Positions 47,247-61,559 are shown, counted from the stretch's first letter. The stretch: 64,000 bases of DNA from Rhizodiscina lignyota (GCA_010015805.1 ML978124.1:1984001-2048000); one strand, 5' to 3'. The notes: generated by a model from the sequence alone, not told the origin. A program made the numbers and translations.

Positions 47247-49802
47247 ATGCAGCATCAAGACGGGACTCCTACTGGTCCGAGTGCTGGGCGACTACCATCC
47301 TTTTCGAAACCCGCTGGTGGCGACCACACTGGTTTTTCACATGGAGCATATCATTCGAATCAGCCCTCCCTCACCGGCTACTCAGAACGTCATCCTCAGA
47401 GGATGAATGTTCCAAATATCAATACCGGACGGCTTGGACAGCCAAATCAAGGTGCTGGTGATATGCAGACGCCGGGCACAGCCTTCGATATGAATTTCAC
47501 ACCACTACTACCGTCGCAGCTGCTCATGGGTAGCCCATTCCAGCCTGGCTCTCCAAGTGCTTTCGCTTCTCCACAGTTCCAAAATTTCTCCAATTTTGGC
47601 CAAGGCAACGCGGCGCAGCAAAATTCACAGCACAACCAGATGGGAAGCCCCATGCAAGGTCATGCTCAAGCAATCTCTCCAACGAGCTTATATCAGAATA
47701 TGAATATGATGTCTCCAGCAGGGGCAAGCCCAACGAATTTCTTTGGGAGCCCCCAGTCGCCCACTGGGTACGGTGGCCTTGCTGGCCAGTCATTAGGCGG
47801 CCTAGGTGGACCGATGGCTGTTGCACCGGGCCTGCTATCTGGAACTAGCAGAACAGTGTATTTGGGCAATATTCCCCCTGAGACTTCTGCCGAAGAGATA
47901 CTCGGACACGTGCGTAGTGGTCAAATTGAGTCTGTGAGACTGCTGCCCGACAAGAACTGCGCATTCATTTCGTTTCTCGACAGCAGTTCCGCGACTCACT
48001 TCCACTCCGATGCGATTTTGAAGAAGCTGTCCATCCGCGGACAAGACATTAAGATTGGTTGGGGAAAGCCGTCCCAGGTTCCTACTTCTGTTGCACTCGC
48101 TGTTCAACAGTCTGGTGCTTCGAGGAACGTCTATTTGGGCAACCTGTCAGAGGACGTTACCGAGGACGAACTGAGAGAGGATTTGGGCAAATTTGGACCG
48201 ATCGACACAGTGAAGATTGTGCGGGAGAAGTCCATCGGATTTGTTCACTTCCTTTCGATCGGAAACGCGATTAAAGCTGTCGCACAGCTCCCTCAGGAGC
48301 CGAAGTGGCAACCTCCACGTCGCGTTTACTACGGCAAAGATCGATGCGCCTACGTTTCCAAGACACAGCAACAGAATGCTGCGCAGTATTTGGGCATAGC
48401 ACCTGGCTACGCTCACGTGCTCAATGGAGTTGATCGGGATCTCATCTCCAACGCACTCGCACAGCAGTCCGTTGCGGCTGCAGCGGTCGCTACGCAAGCT
48501 GGTGGCGTCAACAATCTTGGAAACAGAACTGTGTACCTGGGCAACATCCATCCCGAGACAACCATCGAAGAAATCTGCAATGTCGTGCGAGGAGGCTTAT
48601 TGCATCACATTCGGTATATTCCAGATAAGCACATCTGCTTCGTTACGTTCATCGATCCTACATCCGCCGCGTCCTTCTATGCTCTCAGCAACCTGCAGGG
48701 TCTCATGATCCATAACCGGCGGCTGAAGATTGGCTGGGGTAAACACTCTGGTGCTCTTCCTCCTGCCATTGCCTTGGCTGTGAGTGGTGGTGCGTCCCGA
48801 AATGTGTATATTGGCAATCTTGACGAGTCTTGGAGTGAAGAACGACTACGACAAGACTTTTCCGAGTACGGTGAGATTGAGCTGGTCAACACGCTTCGGG
48901 AGAAGTCGTGTGCATTCGTCAACTTCACGAACATCGCAAATGCTATCAAGGCTATCGAGGCTGTCCGAGGCCGTGAGGAGTACAAGCGCTTCAAGGTCAA
49001 CTTTGGCAAGGACCGCTGCGGTAACCCTCCTCGTCAGATGAATGTCAACGCACAGCAGCCTCAATCAGCCCAAGGCCCGAACTCGGCCGATGGGTTGCAG
49101 TCTCCATCACCACTGAATGGTCTCCCATCCAACCGCAGCCAGAACTCAGTCTCGCCAACGAACTCGGGCCAGATGCACCCGTCTTCATTCCAAGCGCCTC
49201 CCAACACAGCCGCATCGATCCTCAACACAGGTAACAACAACCCGTTAATGATGTACCTCAGTCAGCAGCAACAAGGGCCCCAGCAACCTTCGACCTCCAT
49301 CTCCGATTCCACGCTACCGACCCTCAATCAACCCTCGAACAACTTCTCCGCTGCACAAGCGGCCTTCTACTCAGCTGATGCAGCGCCTTCGTCGATGTCG
49401 CTGGCTGCTCCACATCACCAGCAGACGTCAGGTCATGGCTCGAGTGCGTCGTTCAGTCTTAGCAACGGCAGCAGTGGTATGAATGGCTATGGCGTGAACG
49501 GCACGAACGGTGCGCAGTCCAATGGCGCTACGACAATCGGAGGATTACTGGCGCCAAATAACGCGAGAGGAGCACATAATCGTGCAGTCAGCTTGCCGGT
49601 ATTTTCACAGCAAGTTCAAGGTGGACAGCCCCAACAAGGCCAGCAAGGCTTTGGTGGTCTGGGTGCCGGCTTGGGTGGCTTTGGTGCTGGCAGTAGCTAT
49701 GGTCTTGCTATTTCCGGAGACGGGCCTGGCGGTCTTCCTGGATGGGCTGAGGAAGACATGAGTGGGCCGACGAGCCTTGGGATGATGGGTGTCGGGGTTT
49801 AG
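47247..49802 (+). CDS. MRN1: Four-RRM RNA-binding protein Mrn1/Nrd1(Msa2); first ATG at 47247, possible ACG start at 47187
   Basis: [54 protein letters not shown]; low-complexity termini. Confidence 0.92.
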   Translation: MQHQDGTPTGPSAGRLPSFSKPAGGDHTGFSHGAYHSNQPSLTGYSERHPQRMNVPNINTGRLGQPNQGAGDMQTPGTAFDMNFTPLLPSQLLMGSPFQPGSPSAFASPQFQNFSNFGQGNAAQQNSQHNQMGSPMQGHAQAISPTSLYQNMNMMSPAGASPTNFFGSPQSPTGYGGLAGQSLGGLGGPMAVAPGLLSGTSRTVYLGNIPPETSAEEILGHVRSGQIESVRLLPDKNCAFISFLDSSSATHFHSDAILKKLSIRGQDIKIGWGKPSQVPTSVALAVQQSGASRNVYLGNLSEDVTEDELREDLGKFGPIDTVKIVREKSIGFVHFLSIGNAIKAVAQLPQEPKWQPPRRVYYGKDRCAYVSKTQQQNAAQYLGIAPGYAHVLNGVDRDLISNALAQQSVAAAAVATQAGGVNNLGNRTVYLGNIHPETTIEEICNVVRGGLLHHIRYIPDKHICFVTFIDPTSAASFYALSNLQGLMIHNRRLKIGWGKHSGALPPAIALAVSGGASRNVYIGNLDESWSEERLRQDFSEYGEIELVNTLREKSCAFVNFTNIANAIKAIEAVRGREEYKRFKVNFGKDRCGNPPRQMNVNAQQPQSAQGPNSADGLQSPSPLNGLPSNRSQNSVSPTNSGQMHPSSFQAPPNTAASILNTGNNNPLMMYLSQQQQGPQQPSTSISDSTLPTLNQPSNNFSAAQAAFYSADAAPSSMSLAAPHHQQTSGHGSSASFSLSNGSSGMNGYGVNGTNGAQSNGATTIGGLLAPNNARGAHNRAVSLPVFSQQVQGGQPQQGQQGFGGLGAGLGGFGAGSSYGLAISGDGPGGLPGWAEEDMSGPTSLGMMGVGV

Positions 49803-51335
49803 TGATCTGATTCAGTTTCTGTGGATGCTCTTCACTTCTCTGTACCTTCTTCACCTTTTTCTCTTCTTTGTTGCATACTTGGATTGTTTCTTGACTTTTG
49901 CAGACTGCGAAAATACCACGCTGCGAAGCGTCAATTCTCTGTTTTGCTTTTTGGGAACGCGGAAATGTACTTGGGTCTGGACCGGACTTGGCTTCGGGTG
50001 TGCTGGGACTCGCATCTTACTTTGATTGTAATTTTCCTTTCTTGTGTATGTGTTGTAGTATCTTGTCGATTTTGCCTTTTATCGGGCTGGGTTTAATACG
50101 CTCCTTACTCCACCCAGCCTTTTTCCTTTCTGCGGTTGTGGCTTTGGCTGGAGCTCAGGCTATTGTTTTTTGTTAGAAACACCGTAAGGCGTATGCTCAT
50201 GTGTTTGTACGGAAGACTGATACGGAGAGGAAGGAGAGAGGGCGCGCGAGCCGGGCAGAGGACAGGAGAGGCGAGAGCCGATATCATTCTCATCTTGATA
50301 CCCTCAATTTCACATCGCATCGGATGCTGGCAGCGCTGGGGGAAGGGAGTGTGCATCCGAAGAGTAAATGGATGGCAATTTACAGTCCTCACGGGGCTTT
50401 TTGCTCAGAGCTAGGAAGACTCAGCAGGAGTGTGGCGGGCCTGGAATATGGCCCGTCAGGAGACGTAATTGGATTTGAGAGCTGCGTCAAAAAGAGGAAA
50501 CGGAAAGATAGCAAACATAATAATAAAGGAATTCTCCACCAAGTTGTTCAACATTCTTCCATGAAGCTCGCACTATGTGCGGAGATTGACATATTCTCAA
50601 TCTACCTTCTTCCACCAAGCTGGGGTTGTGCGTGGAGCTTTGCTAAGTTGCCCAGCTCACCTTCTCCTGTCCGACTTGCGCTGTACGTACACGTTGGCCT
50701 ACTTACTTGCTTGCTCTTCTTCTACGGAACGATTACTGTGCGTGAAAGTTGGCCTATTTTCTCAGTTCACTGTCTTTTAGAGGGCTTGCAAAGTGCGGAG
50801 AGATTAGCCGATTGAGCCGGGTACCAGCTTTCTTCCTTTCGACTGGACGATGATTAACACAGAGTTCTATCTGATATACTATCAAATAACGGCCGATAGC
50901 TGTTGTAACATCTGTAACCAGAGGAAGCGCTCGAGGTGACATTGGAATGCACTGCCTGGTCCGGCAGTATCGTATTTTTGGTTTTATCTTTTATTTAGTA
51001 CAGTGATAGTAGTAATCATCGTCGTCAGTTTTGAGATGGCCGTTACCATTATCGAGTGATGGAGTTGAAGTGCATCGTCGAGTTCTGTTATTTTACTTAT
51101 CATCTGGAGTCGAAGCTCCCGTCTCCTTTTGCCGAATTTCATCATGGATGCCCCGGCCCCCGCGGTCGGCCATCGAGCCGAGACGTCGGTGATACATAGA
51201 CGCGAGCGACGAGACAGAATACTCAGAGCTTTTATCTTACATACAAGTGAATACCAATTGGTCCCCAATATCATATTCGCGCTTTCGCTTTGCATATTTC
51301 GCTCCTGTACACTATTCACGGGCATTTAAAAGAGC

Positions 51336-53027
51336 ATGGCATCCAATAGAAAAGTGTCGGTGGACGAGATAAGACAGCATGCATCTCCGGAGAGCTGCTG
51401 GATTGTGGTAGATGGCAAGGTGTGGGATATGACTGAATTTGCTCCTGATCATCCCGGGGGCGCAGAAAGTAGGTGTATCTCATTGTGGAAGACATCGGTG
51501 ATCAGGTGGAAGCTCTTGGAAGATGTCGAGTCTGAAATCAGTGGCCGGGACTGAAATCGTGCAATTGACTTGATTCATGATTGGCAATCCTGATACTTGC
51601 GGAAGATATTTGGTCGGAAAAGACAGAAGCTGAACATCCTCAAAGCAATACTCGAACACGCAGGCCGCGACGCCACCGAGCCATACTCTGCTGTTCATCC
51701 GCCATCATTACTACCAAAGAATCTTCCTCCCAACAAATTTATCGGCGTACTAGACACGACGACGGTGGATACGGAGTGGACGAAGCCGCCACCAAAAGCA
51801 ACCCCCGAGCTTACCCTCAACCAGGAGAAGCCACCTCTGCAAACGATCATCAACGCCAATGACTTCGAGACGGTCGCTTCCAAGACGTTCGGCGCCAAAA
51901 CATGGGCCTTCTATTCCTCCGCTGCAACGGACTGTATTACTCGTGACGCAAACCGCTCGACGTTCGACAGGATCTGGTTCCGGCCTCGAGTGCTCGTCAA
52001 CGTCGATCGTGCGGATACGCGGAGCAGGATCATGGGCAACGACGTCTCGATGCCGTTGTTCGTCTCACCGGCCGCGCTGGCGGGGATGGCTCATCCGGAG
52101 GGGGAAAAGGCGCTTGCCAGAGCGTGCAAGAGAAATGGCATGATCCAGGCTGTTAGCACGAACGCGTCTTTTCCGATCGATGAGATCGCGGACGCCGCGC
52201 CGGGTCATCCTTTCATCTTCCAGTTGTACGTTGACCGGAAACGCGAAAACTCTGCAAAGCTCCTGAAGATGGTGGAAGGGCTGGGCGTAGTGAAAGCAGT
52301 CATGTTCACCGTCGATGCGCCGGTGATCGGGAAGAGGGAGGCAGACGAGAGGGTGAGGGCAGACCTTAGCGTGTCAAGTCCGATGTCGAAGTCAAAAGCG
52401 TCAGAGGATAAGAAAGGAGGCGGAGTTGGGAGAACTATGGGGAGCTACATTGATCCAACGTCGACGTGGGAGACAATTGCATGGTTAAAGAAAACAACGA
52501 AGCTGCCCATAATCGTGAAGGGGGTCCAGTGCGCGGAAGATGCGAAGTTGTGTGTCAAGTATGGGTGCCAGGGGATCTTCGTCAGCAATCATGGAGGCCG
52601 GGAGCTTGACACCGCTCCTGCTGCGATCATGGTGTTGCTGGAGCTGCAGAAGAACTGCCCGGAAGTCTTCGAGAAGCTCGAGGTTTTCGTCGACGGAGGC
52701 ATCCGTCGTGGAACCGACATCTTGAAGTGCTTGTGTCTCGGCGCGACAGCGGTGGGCATTGGCAGGAGCTTTCTCTACTCGCTCAACTACGGGGAAGACG
52801 GAGTGGAGCATCTGATCGATAGTAAGTCGCATCGATTGTGCCAAAGAGACTGGAGCTGACTCGCCACAGTACTGAAAGACGAGTTGGAAACGGCAATGAA
52901 ATTGGTAGGGATAACAGATCTGTCACAGGTGCATCCAGGCTTGGTCAACACGCTTGACGTTGATCATCTCATTCCGACGACGGTGGGCCATCCTTACGCA
53001 CGATGGAGACCAAGAGCAAGGATATAG
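51336..53027 (+). CDS. CYB2: Cytochrome b2-like FMN alpha-hydroxyacid dehydrogenase, introns 51469-51645 and 52822-52869
   Basis: b5 domain CWIVVDGKVWD..HPGG..AGRDAT; IFQLY, TVDAP, IVKG, SNHGGRELD, DGGIRRGTD. Confidence 0.92.
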
Positions 53028-53495
53028 ATTTAGAGTAGATAATCATCATCATCACCTATCTGTGATGATCATCTACATCTTAAAATGTTGACGATGATCT
53101 GTTCATTTAAGAAAAAATAGCTCTCTCTATCAGATTGCTGTTCTGAGTGTGGACCACATCGCTCGCAAGATTCCATGTGTGCATTGTGTGTTGATCTTCG
53201 GAGAATGGCCTCTCATATATATATATTCTTGTTAAATGACCGTTAGGGTATCAAACTAAAGATAATAGTCACCGAGTCCACATCCACATACTCATCCATA
53301 CAGAACTTCAAAAGCGACCATCAGTAGAGAGAAAAAATATATGAGCGAGAAGACAAAATATGCAATGCAAATTCGCTTCCAACGCGGCAATCTCGAGAAG
53401 AAAAGGCAGGTGAGGAGAGCGCGTCCCTCCTGAGCCAGAGTGACCCACCAGCCAAACAGCTATTGATCCATTATCACCAAACATTACACGTCCAG

Positions 53496-56400
53496 TCAAC
53501 TGTGCGCAGCAGTAGCCTCGCCCTCGCCCGTATGCACTTCCTTCGCCTCGACAAACTCGGAGCTATCGGGGCTCGAATCCCTCCGCTCCGAGCCACTCTG
53601 CGGCACGTCCAATTCGCCATCTCTCTCCTCTCCCGCCTGCTCTTCGCCAGCAGCCTCGCCCTCTGGCTCCGAAGGGGCAATCCCATTCATCCTCTCCCAG
53701 ACCTCTCTCCTAATCCTCTCGTCTTTACTCTTCCTCAGTCTCTCCGCCTCCTCCGCGCCGCCCGTCTTCTTCAGCTTCCCCTCCTCTACGAACGAGCCAA
53801 GCTCGCGCTTGAACTCGCCTTCCTTCCGGCTCTCGAGTTCACGGAGGCGCGCCTTCTCCGCGCGCTCGATAGCCTCGAGCCTATTCTGGCTCGTCTCGTG
53901 ATTAGGCTGCAGCGCGCGGACTTCATTAAGTATGCTATCTTTCGCCTTGCGCGGATCAACCGCCTGGTCCATCTGCAGTCCCAGGATCTTGCCTGACGCA
54001 TTCCTACTGCCCGAGCCGGAGTTCTTGTTGCCTGCATTGTCGGCCATCTGCTGCTTTGTCGCCTCCTCGACGAGGCGGAGCGTCTGCACCGCCGTCTCGA
54101 GATCGCCCTCGAGATCGACGACCAGCTCCTCGTTCATGGTCAGCATGTCGCGCTCCTCACACACGTTCGCGAGCTCCTGCTCCCAGATCTTCGTCCAGAG
54201 CGGTTTCTCCTTGCGCACAAAGTCCTTCATCTTCTTGAGCTCGGCGGTCACGCTACTAATATCCTTCGCCACGTCTTCGAGTTGGCGAGGCAAAGGTCGT
54301 ACACCGCGCGAAACGACGTCCTTGCGCAGATCCTCGATGGAGTCGAGAACGCCGTCGACGCGCTTGACGATGTTCTCGCTGTCATCGGAGAGCGACTTCT
54401 TGCCCTGCGTAACGTACACGCGGCCGGTATCGCCGGACAGATCAGGCAGCGAGACCTTGATTGCCGTGGTCTTAACAGACGCGGCCTTTGTGCGGACAGC
54501 TGCCATGGAGGCATCGACGTCTTTGACGAAATTCGCATACGTCTGGCGCATGATGGCGAGGTCGCGTCGTAAGCGCTGTATTTCTTCTAGCGACGACTGG
54601 GTGTCGCCTCGTGGAGTACCGGAGCTCCTGAGACTGCCCGACGTTTGTAGAGGCGGGAGGTTTGACGCGCGTGCAGAAGAAGCTGGCGCAGGGCCTGCGG
54701 TTGCAAGGCTAGCGAGCTCGCGCGCTGTCTCCTGCTGACGGTCGGAGATGCGGTCAAACGCGGACTGCTGGTTGTCGATGCTGGTCTTAATGCCCTCGAC
54801 TACTTTCCTTAGTCCGCCGAGGCCATCGTCAATGTGCCGTTTCACCTCATCCAAGGCCTCGACATTCAGCACGAGCACAGAGCGGTCCTTGATGTCGTTA
54901 ATGTCTTCGAGTTCGTGGCGGACGCCACTGACCTGATCCTGGATGTAGATCTCCGGCAAGTCGACGCCGTTGTTGTGCGTATTCCACGAGAATTTCTCGA
55001 TAAACGCCAGTTGAAGACGTGCGATAGTGAGGTCGGAGGAGCCTTCTTCAAGCACTATCTTCTTGATACGTGATTTATACTGCAAGAAGAGGGTGAGTGG
55101 TTTGCCAGGCTGTGGGGAGTCTTCGGGAACGAATTGCTGAGTCTGAGGGGGAGGCGTTGGTGTCTTTGCTGCTCTTCTGGACCCACTGCGCGCTGGGATA
55201 GTTGCGAGTTGTCTCTCGATTGGAGTTAGCTCGCCGTTTGGCGATATAATCGTCATGCCTGGATCGGTGATTGGGCCAGAGAGCGTCGCACCCACCATGG
55301 GCTCATCCTTGGACCCTGACTCCCCCGTATACCTTGGTGGTGGAGCGCCATCCTCGGTTTTACGAGGTGGCATGTCATATGTAGTCTGAACTGGAGGCGG
55401 CTGAACCGGTCCTGCGGACTCTATCTTCTCTTCTAATATTCGAGGCTGCTGAAGAGTCTGCAATCGATTCGGCGAAGCTTCGGTTGGAAAACGATTAGAC
55501 GAATCTTTCCGTGCGTGTAAAAGGGAGCCTCTGGTTCTGACTGCATTCATCGACTCACGAACCTCCCGCCCACGATTGGGTATGGGCGAATTCTGTGCTA
55601 GTGGTATTACGGGCATTCCATTCGCAGATGCTCCTAGCTGCTGCTTTATCTGATATGTTGAGAATCTTCTCGATGCTCTCCTCTCCAAGTCTCCACCTCT
55701 CTGTAAAGCTAGCAGTGCGTCCTGCTGTTTCGGCGGAGGCGGTGGTGCAGGCAGGTCTGCGCTTCGCGAGCTATACGGCGTGCCATGAGCTGGAGGCTCG
55801 GGCATCATCTCTTCGGCAGGGTAGGGCGCAATGACCGGTATATTCTGCATCGTGTTACTGGACAAGGAAGAGCCATCAGAGCCGTCAGAATGAGCGTCAT
55901 TTACATTGTTGTTCTTGGATGCATCGTCGTAGCGGCTGCTTGGCGACGAGCGTCCATTATTGGCAGAGGATATTCGGGGAGGCAATTCTGGCACTGAATT
56001 ATCCAGACTGCCTTGCCTGCTACCGCTTTTGCCGCTGCTTGAACGCACGACACTGTCGCCTGTATTCGAACGGGATGGAGCTTCTCCCTCCCGCGGCGGA
56101 CGCTGTCGTATCCTTTGCTGCTTCTTTTTGAGGCCATGCAGAAGGTTTATAATGATGTCTCGTATTCGAGGGAGGAATCTGTCCAGACTCGACTGTGACG
56201 CTTCCTGACTCAAAGTTTCCTCCAATATACCTCGTAGCAGGTCTGGGACAGGCCCAAGGTCCGATGTGTCCACTCCGATGGCATTGAAAGCTCGACATGC
56301 AATGTTGAACTCATATCCCAATCGCACATAGACGTCCGAGACTTCATTTTCGGTGGCGTTGCCGCGCGACCATTGGGTGAGGGTTTCGAGAAGTTGTTTC

Positions 56401-56583
56401 GTGGCGACAAGGAGATGGGTGACGCTACGTTCGATGGTGGAGAGTTGTTGCTGAGGCTGAAGACATAGGAGGTTAGATTAGAGGTGCTAGGTTGGCTATA
56501 CTTATGGTGCATACTGTCTGTTTCTTCGACTGCGAAGAGCGGCCGGAGCCAGACGAGGATCGTTGCCCTGGCTCGTCGGCCAT
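53496..56583 (-). CDS. BUD6: Actin-interacting polarisome protein Bud6/Aip3, intron ~56457-56514
   Basis: STIERSVTHLLVATKQLLETL, LERRASRRFS, LTLFLQYK, LRKDVVSRGVRP, EKPLWTKIWEQEL. Confidence 0.93.
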
Positions 56584-57725
56584 GGCTGGCGCGTGAAGGG
56601 GAGATGTGGGGTGCAGTGGAGTGGAATGAGCGCTCGAACGCGAAGTGCAAATGCAAGCAAGTGTAGAGAGAGGAGCGCGGAGGGGCGCGGTGAGGGCGAC
56701 GTCCAGCGGCGAGAGTGGTTGCTGGGTGCTAAGGTCAACGGTGCTTCACGCTGGCGTTGGTGTGGAGCTTAGCGATGCACAAGTCGCCCGTTGCTCGTGA
56801 TGCACTTCGGGAGAGCCAGGCGCGATGCGGCTAGCCCCAAACCCCGTTGCCCCGAGCGCTGCTGCTCAACTTTTTTTGCTGCGAATTTCGTGCTCTCTTC
56901 ACTGCGCTGCCAATGCTCAGCGAGGGCGTGGAGGCCAGCGCTCGCCGTTGCCAGCAGCGCAGTGCAGCGTCACCGCACACTTTCACGCGGACAAGGCTGA
57001 TCAATCCCGCCCCAATGGAGCAGGGGGCTGAGAGTGAAGCTTTTAGCTTTTGCTCGGGCGCAGAGCCCATTTCACACTCATGCCTGGCACGGCCGCAGAA
57101 TTGGAGGGAACGGTGGTGCTTAAGCTCGCTGCAGGGGCAGAGCAGCAGTGCGTGCTACCTTTGTGATACTCTGGAAAATAAGAAGTGATGCTCCCTGTGC
57201 ATCCGTTTCACTCGGTGCTGTGGAGTGAGGCTGGCCGTAGTGAGGTGTCACCGTGGCTCTGCCGGCTGCGCTGATGCGCACACTCAATGTGACCGGCCGT
57301 CTCCCACGCACTCGCGCATCCGCCCTCGTTTTTGCAGCGCGTCCCACGAGTGCCAGTCTGCATTGTGCCAAAGCAGCGACTCTCATTGAAGCGTGAATAC
57401 GGCGTGGTTGTTGCGTGCTCTGGCCTGGGCTTGGCGCGGAAACGGCCGTCGACACTAGCGTCCAGCACCTCCCTTCAACCTCCATCCACAGAACGACAGC
57501 TCGACCGACCATCTCCCCAGTGCACGGGACCTTATCACCTCAATCCTCCGCTCCTCCCTCTACCTTCACTACACTCCTTTCCCCTTCTCTTTTCCGCTTC
57601 TTCTGCGCTCTCGACTCCTTTGAGAGCGAGCGCTTATCGGAGTGGCTTTGCGCAGAGGTGTTGCGCCGTGTGTGCGTCGCCCACGCTACCACCACCGAAC
57701 CCCCCGACCACCTTTCTCCTCGTAA

Positions 57726-60700
57726 ATGTCGACAACAACCGCCGCGTCCTCAGTAAATGGTGCTTCGGCCGGCAACAGCGCCAATTCGTCTTTTGCTTCG
57801 AGCGCAGGTGGAGGAAAACCGCAGTTGAAGATGACTGCAATGGAGGGCACGCGAAAGCAGGCTGGAAGCCCGACTGACCAAGCTCAGAGGTAAGACAGGC
57901 CGACTTGCCCTTCTCGAGCAATCTTCACCTCGTGTCGTGTCTCGACTTATACCTTGAGCAATTCACACGAAGTGTTTGCCAGACTTTTGGAGGGGGCTGG
58001 TCAGGCAACACTTCTACTTCACAACGCAAATCGCAATTTCAACCCCCAGCTGTTCTTTCTTCTCAGAACCACAACTTACACCCAGACTTTACAACACTCG
58101 ATCCTACGTTTTGTGTAATTCTGCACACACCGCTAACATGAGAAAACCTTATAGAAAGGCACCTCCTCAAGCCTGGAAAGGCCCCAATCCCATCACCCAG
58201 CGACCTTCCAATCCGACAACTGCCAATGGTGTTGCAGCTCCTGTGAAACAGCCTGCACCAGCAAAGATGGCACCGCCGGCGAAGAAGGAGTCCAATACCG
58301 GTGACAAGCACGCCAATGACAGGCTCACGTTCCTGCTGGCCAACTTAATGGTACGTTTACTCCAGCTGCTGCTCTGTTACGTGGTGCTGTTGTGCAATTT
58401 TCGGCGTGTAGGATTGACTTGACTGACATTTAAACACCTAGGGTCTTCAAGCTACCGTTACACTCCACAATGGCGAGCGGTATTCCGGCATCTTTGCTGG
58501 AGGCTCACCGGACCCTCCTGAGCCTCGTTATGTCCTCAAAATGGTCAAGCGCTTGGAATCGCTCGGCCAACAACAGTCGAATGGAGTTGCAGAGCTTTCT
58601 GATGAGTACATTGGACAAGGTGAAGATCACGTCATGGCTTTCGATTGCCAGGATATAGTGGATCTAAACGTTCCAAACGTTTCAATGGACCGCACCCGCA
58701 CTCGTGGTCAGAATGGTGTGTATAGCCAAACCTTGAAACGATTGATCTGTGAACTTACAAGCAAAGGCGTATCCAATGCATTTCGCACCGACGCCGACAT
58801 CTCAGGAAATGCCGCCGCTCGCGAGCGAAACCTCCAGAAATGGGAACCATCGGCTGACACTTCGGTTGATCTTTCCCTCGAGTCTTCTGGTGCCTCTGGT
58901 TGGGATCAGTTCGAGACCAACAGGAGGCTGTACGGTGTCGAGAGCAACTACGATGAGGAGATCTACACTACGAAGATTGACAAGTCGCATCCATTGTATG
59001 CTCAGCGAGCTGCAAACGCGGAGAGACTTGCTCGCGAGATCGAAGGCGGTACCGCTGCAAATGCACATGTTGCAGAGGAGCGTGGCCTGAAACCGGTCGA
59101 CGATAGCGGACTTGATGAGGAGGACAAGTAAGTGGTGCTCAGATAAGCATCTGTCCAAAACTGATGACTAACAATACCGTAGATACTCTGGTGTTCGAAG
59201 AGAGTACGAGCCTCTGCCAACTGGCAACCCTAACAAGTACACACCTCCTGCACGTCGACCTCCTACGGGCCAGCCAACTGTGCCGGGCCAACCTTACGAC
59301 CCTGCCATCATCCAAGCCTCCATTGCGAAACCTGCGTCTCCATCCGTACCGACAGAGACTGCCGATAGTAAGAAGGCGGAAGTGGCAGCAGAGAAATCCA
59401 CACAGGCCTCTGCACCGAAGGCAGCAGAGACAACCGCGGCAGGCAAGACGTCGAGCGCTGATCAGCTCAAGGCTGGTGCTTTCAGAAACGACCGCAAGGC
59501 TTCCGATTCTGGAAAGAAATCCAATCCCGAGAACGCCTCTGAGACTGTTGAGAAGGACCTGATGGACGCATTCAAACAGTTTGCGACCACTGAGAAAGCG
59601 CGAGTTCACAATCAGCAGAGACAGCGAATGAACCAGGACAAACAAATGAAGATCAATGATCTGAAGAAGTTTGCCCAAAACTTCAAGCTTAATACTCCTG
59701 TCCCCAACGACCTTGTTCCCATTCTTGCAAAGGACGAGAAGAAGCAGCAGGAGATCAGAGACAAAGCGAAGGTTGCAGCTGCAGAATCGAAGATGACTCC
59801 GCCGAAACCTGCAGCAGCTCCTGGACCTGTCGTCGACCAGAAGGGACCAAGACCGGGTGTGGCGAACCAGCAGACACCGATATCTCCTCAAGACCGCAAC
59901 CAGCCGCGTCGACAAGGTCCCCCACAGTACCCTCCATACCCGCGGGGCGGCGATCCTCGCGCCCAGGGACAGAACATGCCACCTCGTCAGCCTCTGTCAA
60001 CACGTCTTTCATACAACCAGCAGCAACTCCGAGCTGGCATCCCGCCTCAGAACATCCCTGGCCCAGCTCCCATCCAAATTCCTCAACAAGGTCCTCCTGG
60101 CTCGAACAGCGGCATGCAGAGCCCTAGCTCAAGCATCTCGACTCGATTCAATGTTGGTGCGCGAGAGTTCAAGCCGAACCCTGCGGCTCACACCTTCTCG
60201 CCCAGCGTCAATCAAAGCAATACTTCCAGCCCAGGTCGGCATGATTCCACCAGGCCTGCGTCAAAAGGAATCTCCGACTTCTTTGAGGGCCGCTCACCAC
60301 TGCCAGCGGACCAGCACCCGTCGTTGGATGGCGCGTTCAACCCGATCGATCGAATGATGAAGGAGGTTGCGGCAGACGAGAAGCTGTCCAAGGACTACTT
60401 CGTCAATGGAGGTATTCCAAATGCCTTCAAGACTCAGCCTGTCTGGGAGGTCCCAGAGACTAACCAGGACCTCACTTACGCACAAGCTCTAGAGAACGGC
60501 TCTAGAGGCATCCCTCCGATTACGTCGCCGCCTCACAGCATTATGCAGAGTGGTCCGATTCCTCACCAGCACCAACTCCCACTTCATCTACAGCAAAACG
60601 GACCGATGATCCAGCAGGGTCATACGCCGCATCAGACTCCTCGTAACATGCCGGTTCAGCCCCACCCCGGCCAGCCAGGACCTCACCATTTCGACGATCA

Positions 60701-61559
60701 CCGCATGCAGTACTCTCAGTCTCAATCTTCTGTTCATCCTTCACCTCGCGCCATGCCCCAGTTCATGGCCGTCAACAATGGCCAGCCCGTAACCGTGTAT
60801 CAGCAGCCGATGCCTCATTATGGTCTTTCACCATCTGGCCATGCGGTCGCCATTCGTCAGATTCCGCCGGGTGCCACGTTCGTTAACCCGCAAGGCCCCA
60901 TGATGGGTGGCCATATGATGTCCCAGCAGGCTTCCACTGGCGGATATGTGCTGCAACCGGGCATGCAGATCTACCAAGGGAGCCCGGCGCCTGGCCATGT
61001 CTATCCCCATCAGCATCCTGGAGGCCCTGGTGGACCGATGCAGGGTCCAACTGGAGTACCTACCGCGCCGAATGGATACCCATCTCCAAGACCACCAGCA
61101 CCGATGATGCAGCACCAAGGAAGTCAACAGGGACATGGAGTTCCACAAGGACCCGGTGGACAACAGATGATGTACATGCAGCAGCCCATGCATGGACCGG
61201 CGATGTTCGCTGGTGCACCCAGCGGGCCCAGTACGTCCTTCCCTCTCCCATACTTTTAGAACTTTAGTGTTATTAACCCGCAGTCAGTGGCCCAAATGAG
61301 AGGTCCGTTTCCGCAGCAACCCCACGGCCAGCCCCATTATGGGACGAGTCCACACCATCACCAGCAGTATCCTGGCGGTCCGGGCGGTCCTGGTCCTCAG
61401 CGGGGGACGCCTAGCGCTCAGTACGCGCAGCCGATGATGCCGCAGCATTCAATGGGTGGGATGCCTCAGCAACAGGGAGGTCCACCGCCGCCACAACCAC
61501 AACAGATGCCGGCGGCTGCGCAGATTGATACAGGTGCTAGCGGTGAGGAAGTGAAATGA
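57726..61559 (+). CDS. PBP1: Ataxin-2/Pbp1 poly(A)-binding-protein-binding protein, 5 introns
   Basis: LSm domain, FRTDADIS, LSmAD (WDQFETNRRLYGVESNYDEEIYTT), PAM2-like RFNVGAREFKP, Q/P/M-rich tail. Confidence 0.92.

Noticed and set aside
53062..53146. Possible box C/D snoRNA (GTGATGA...CTGA)
   Set aside because: Lies in ATC/GAT-rich CYB2 3'UTR, no terminal stem, no rRNA-complementary guide recognised; snoscan could revisit.
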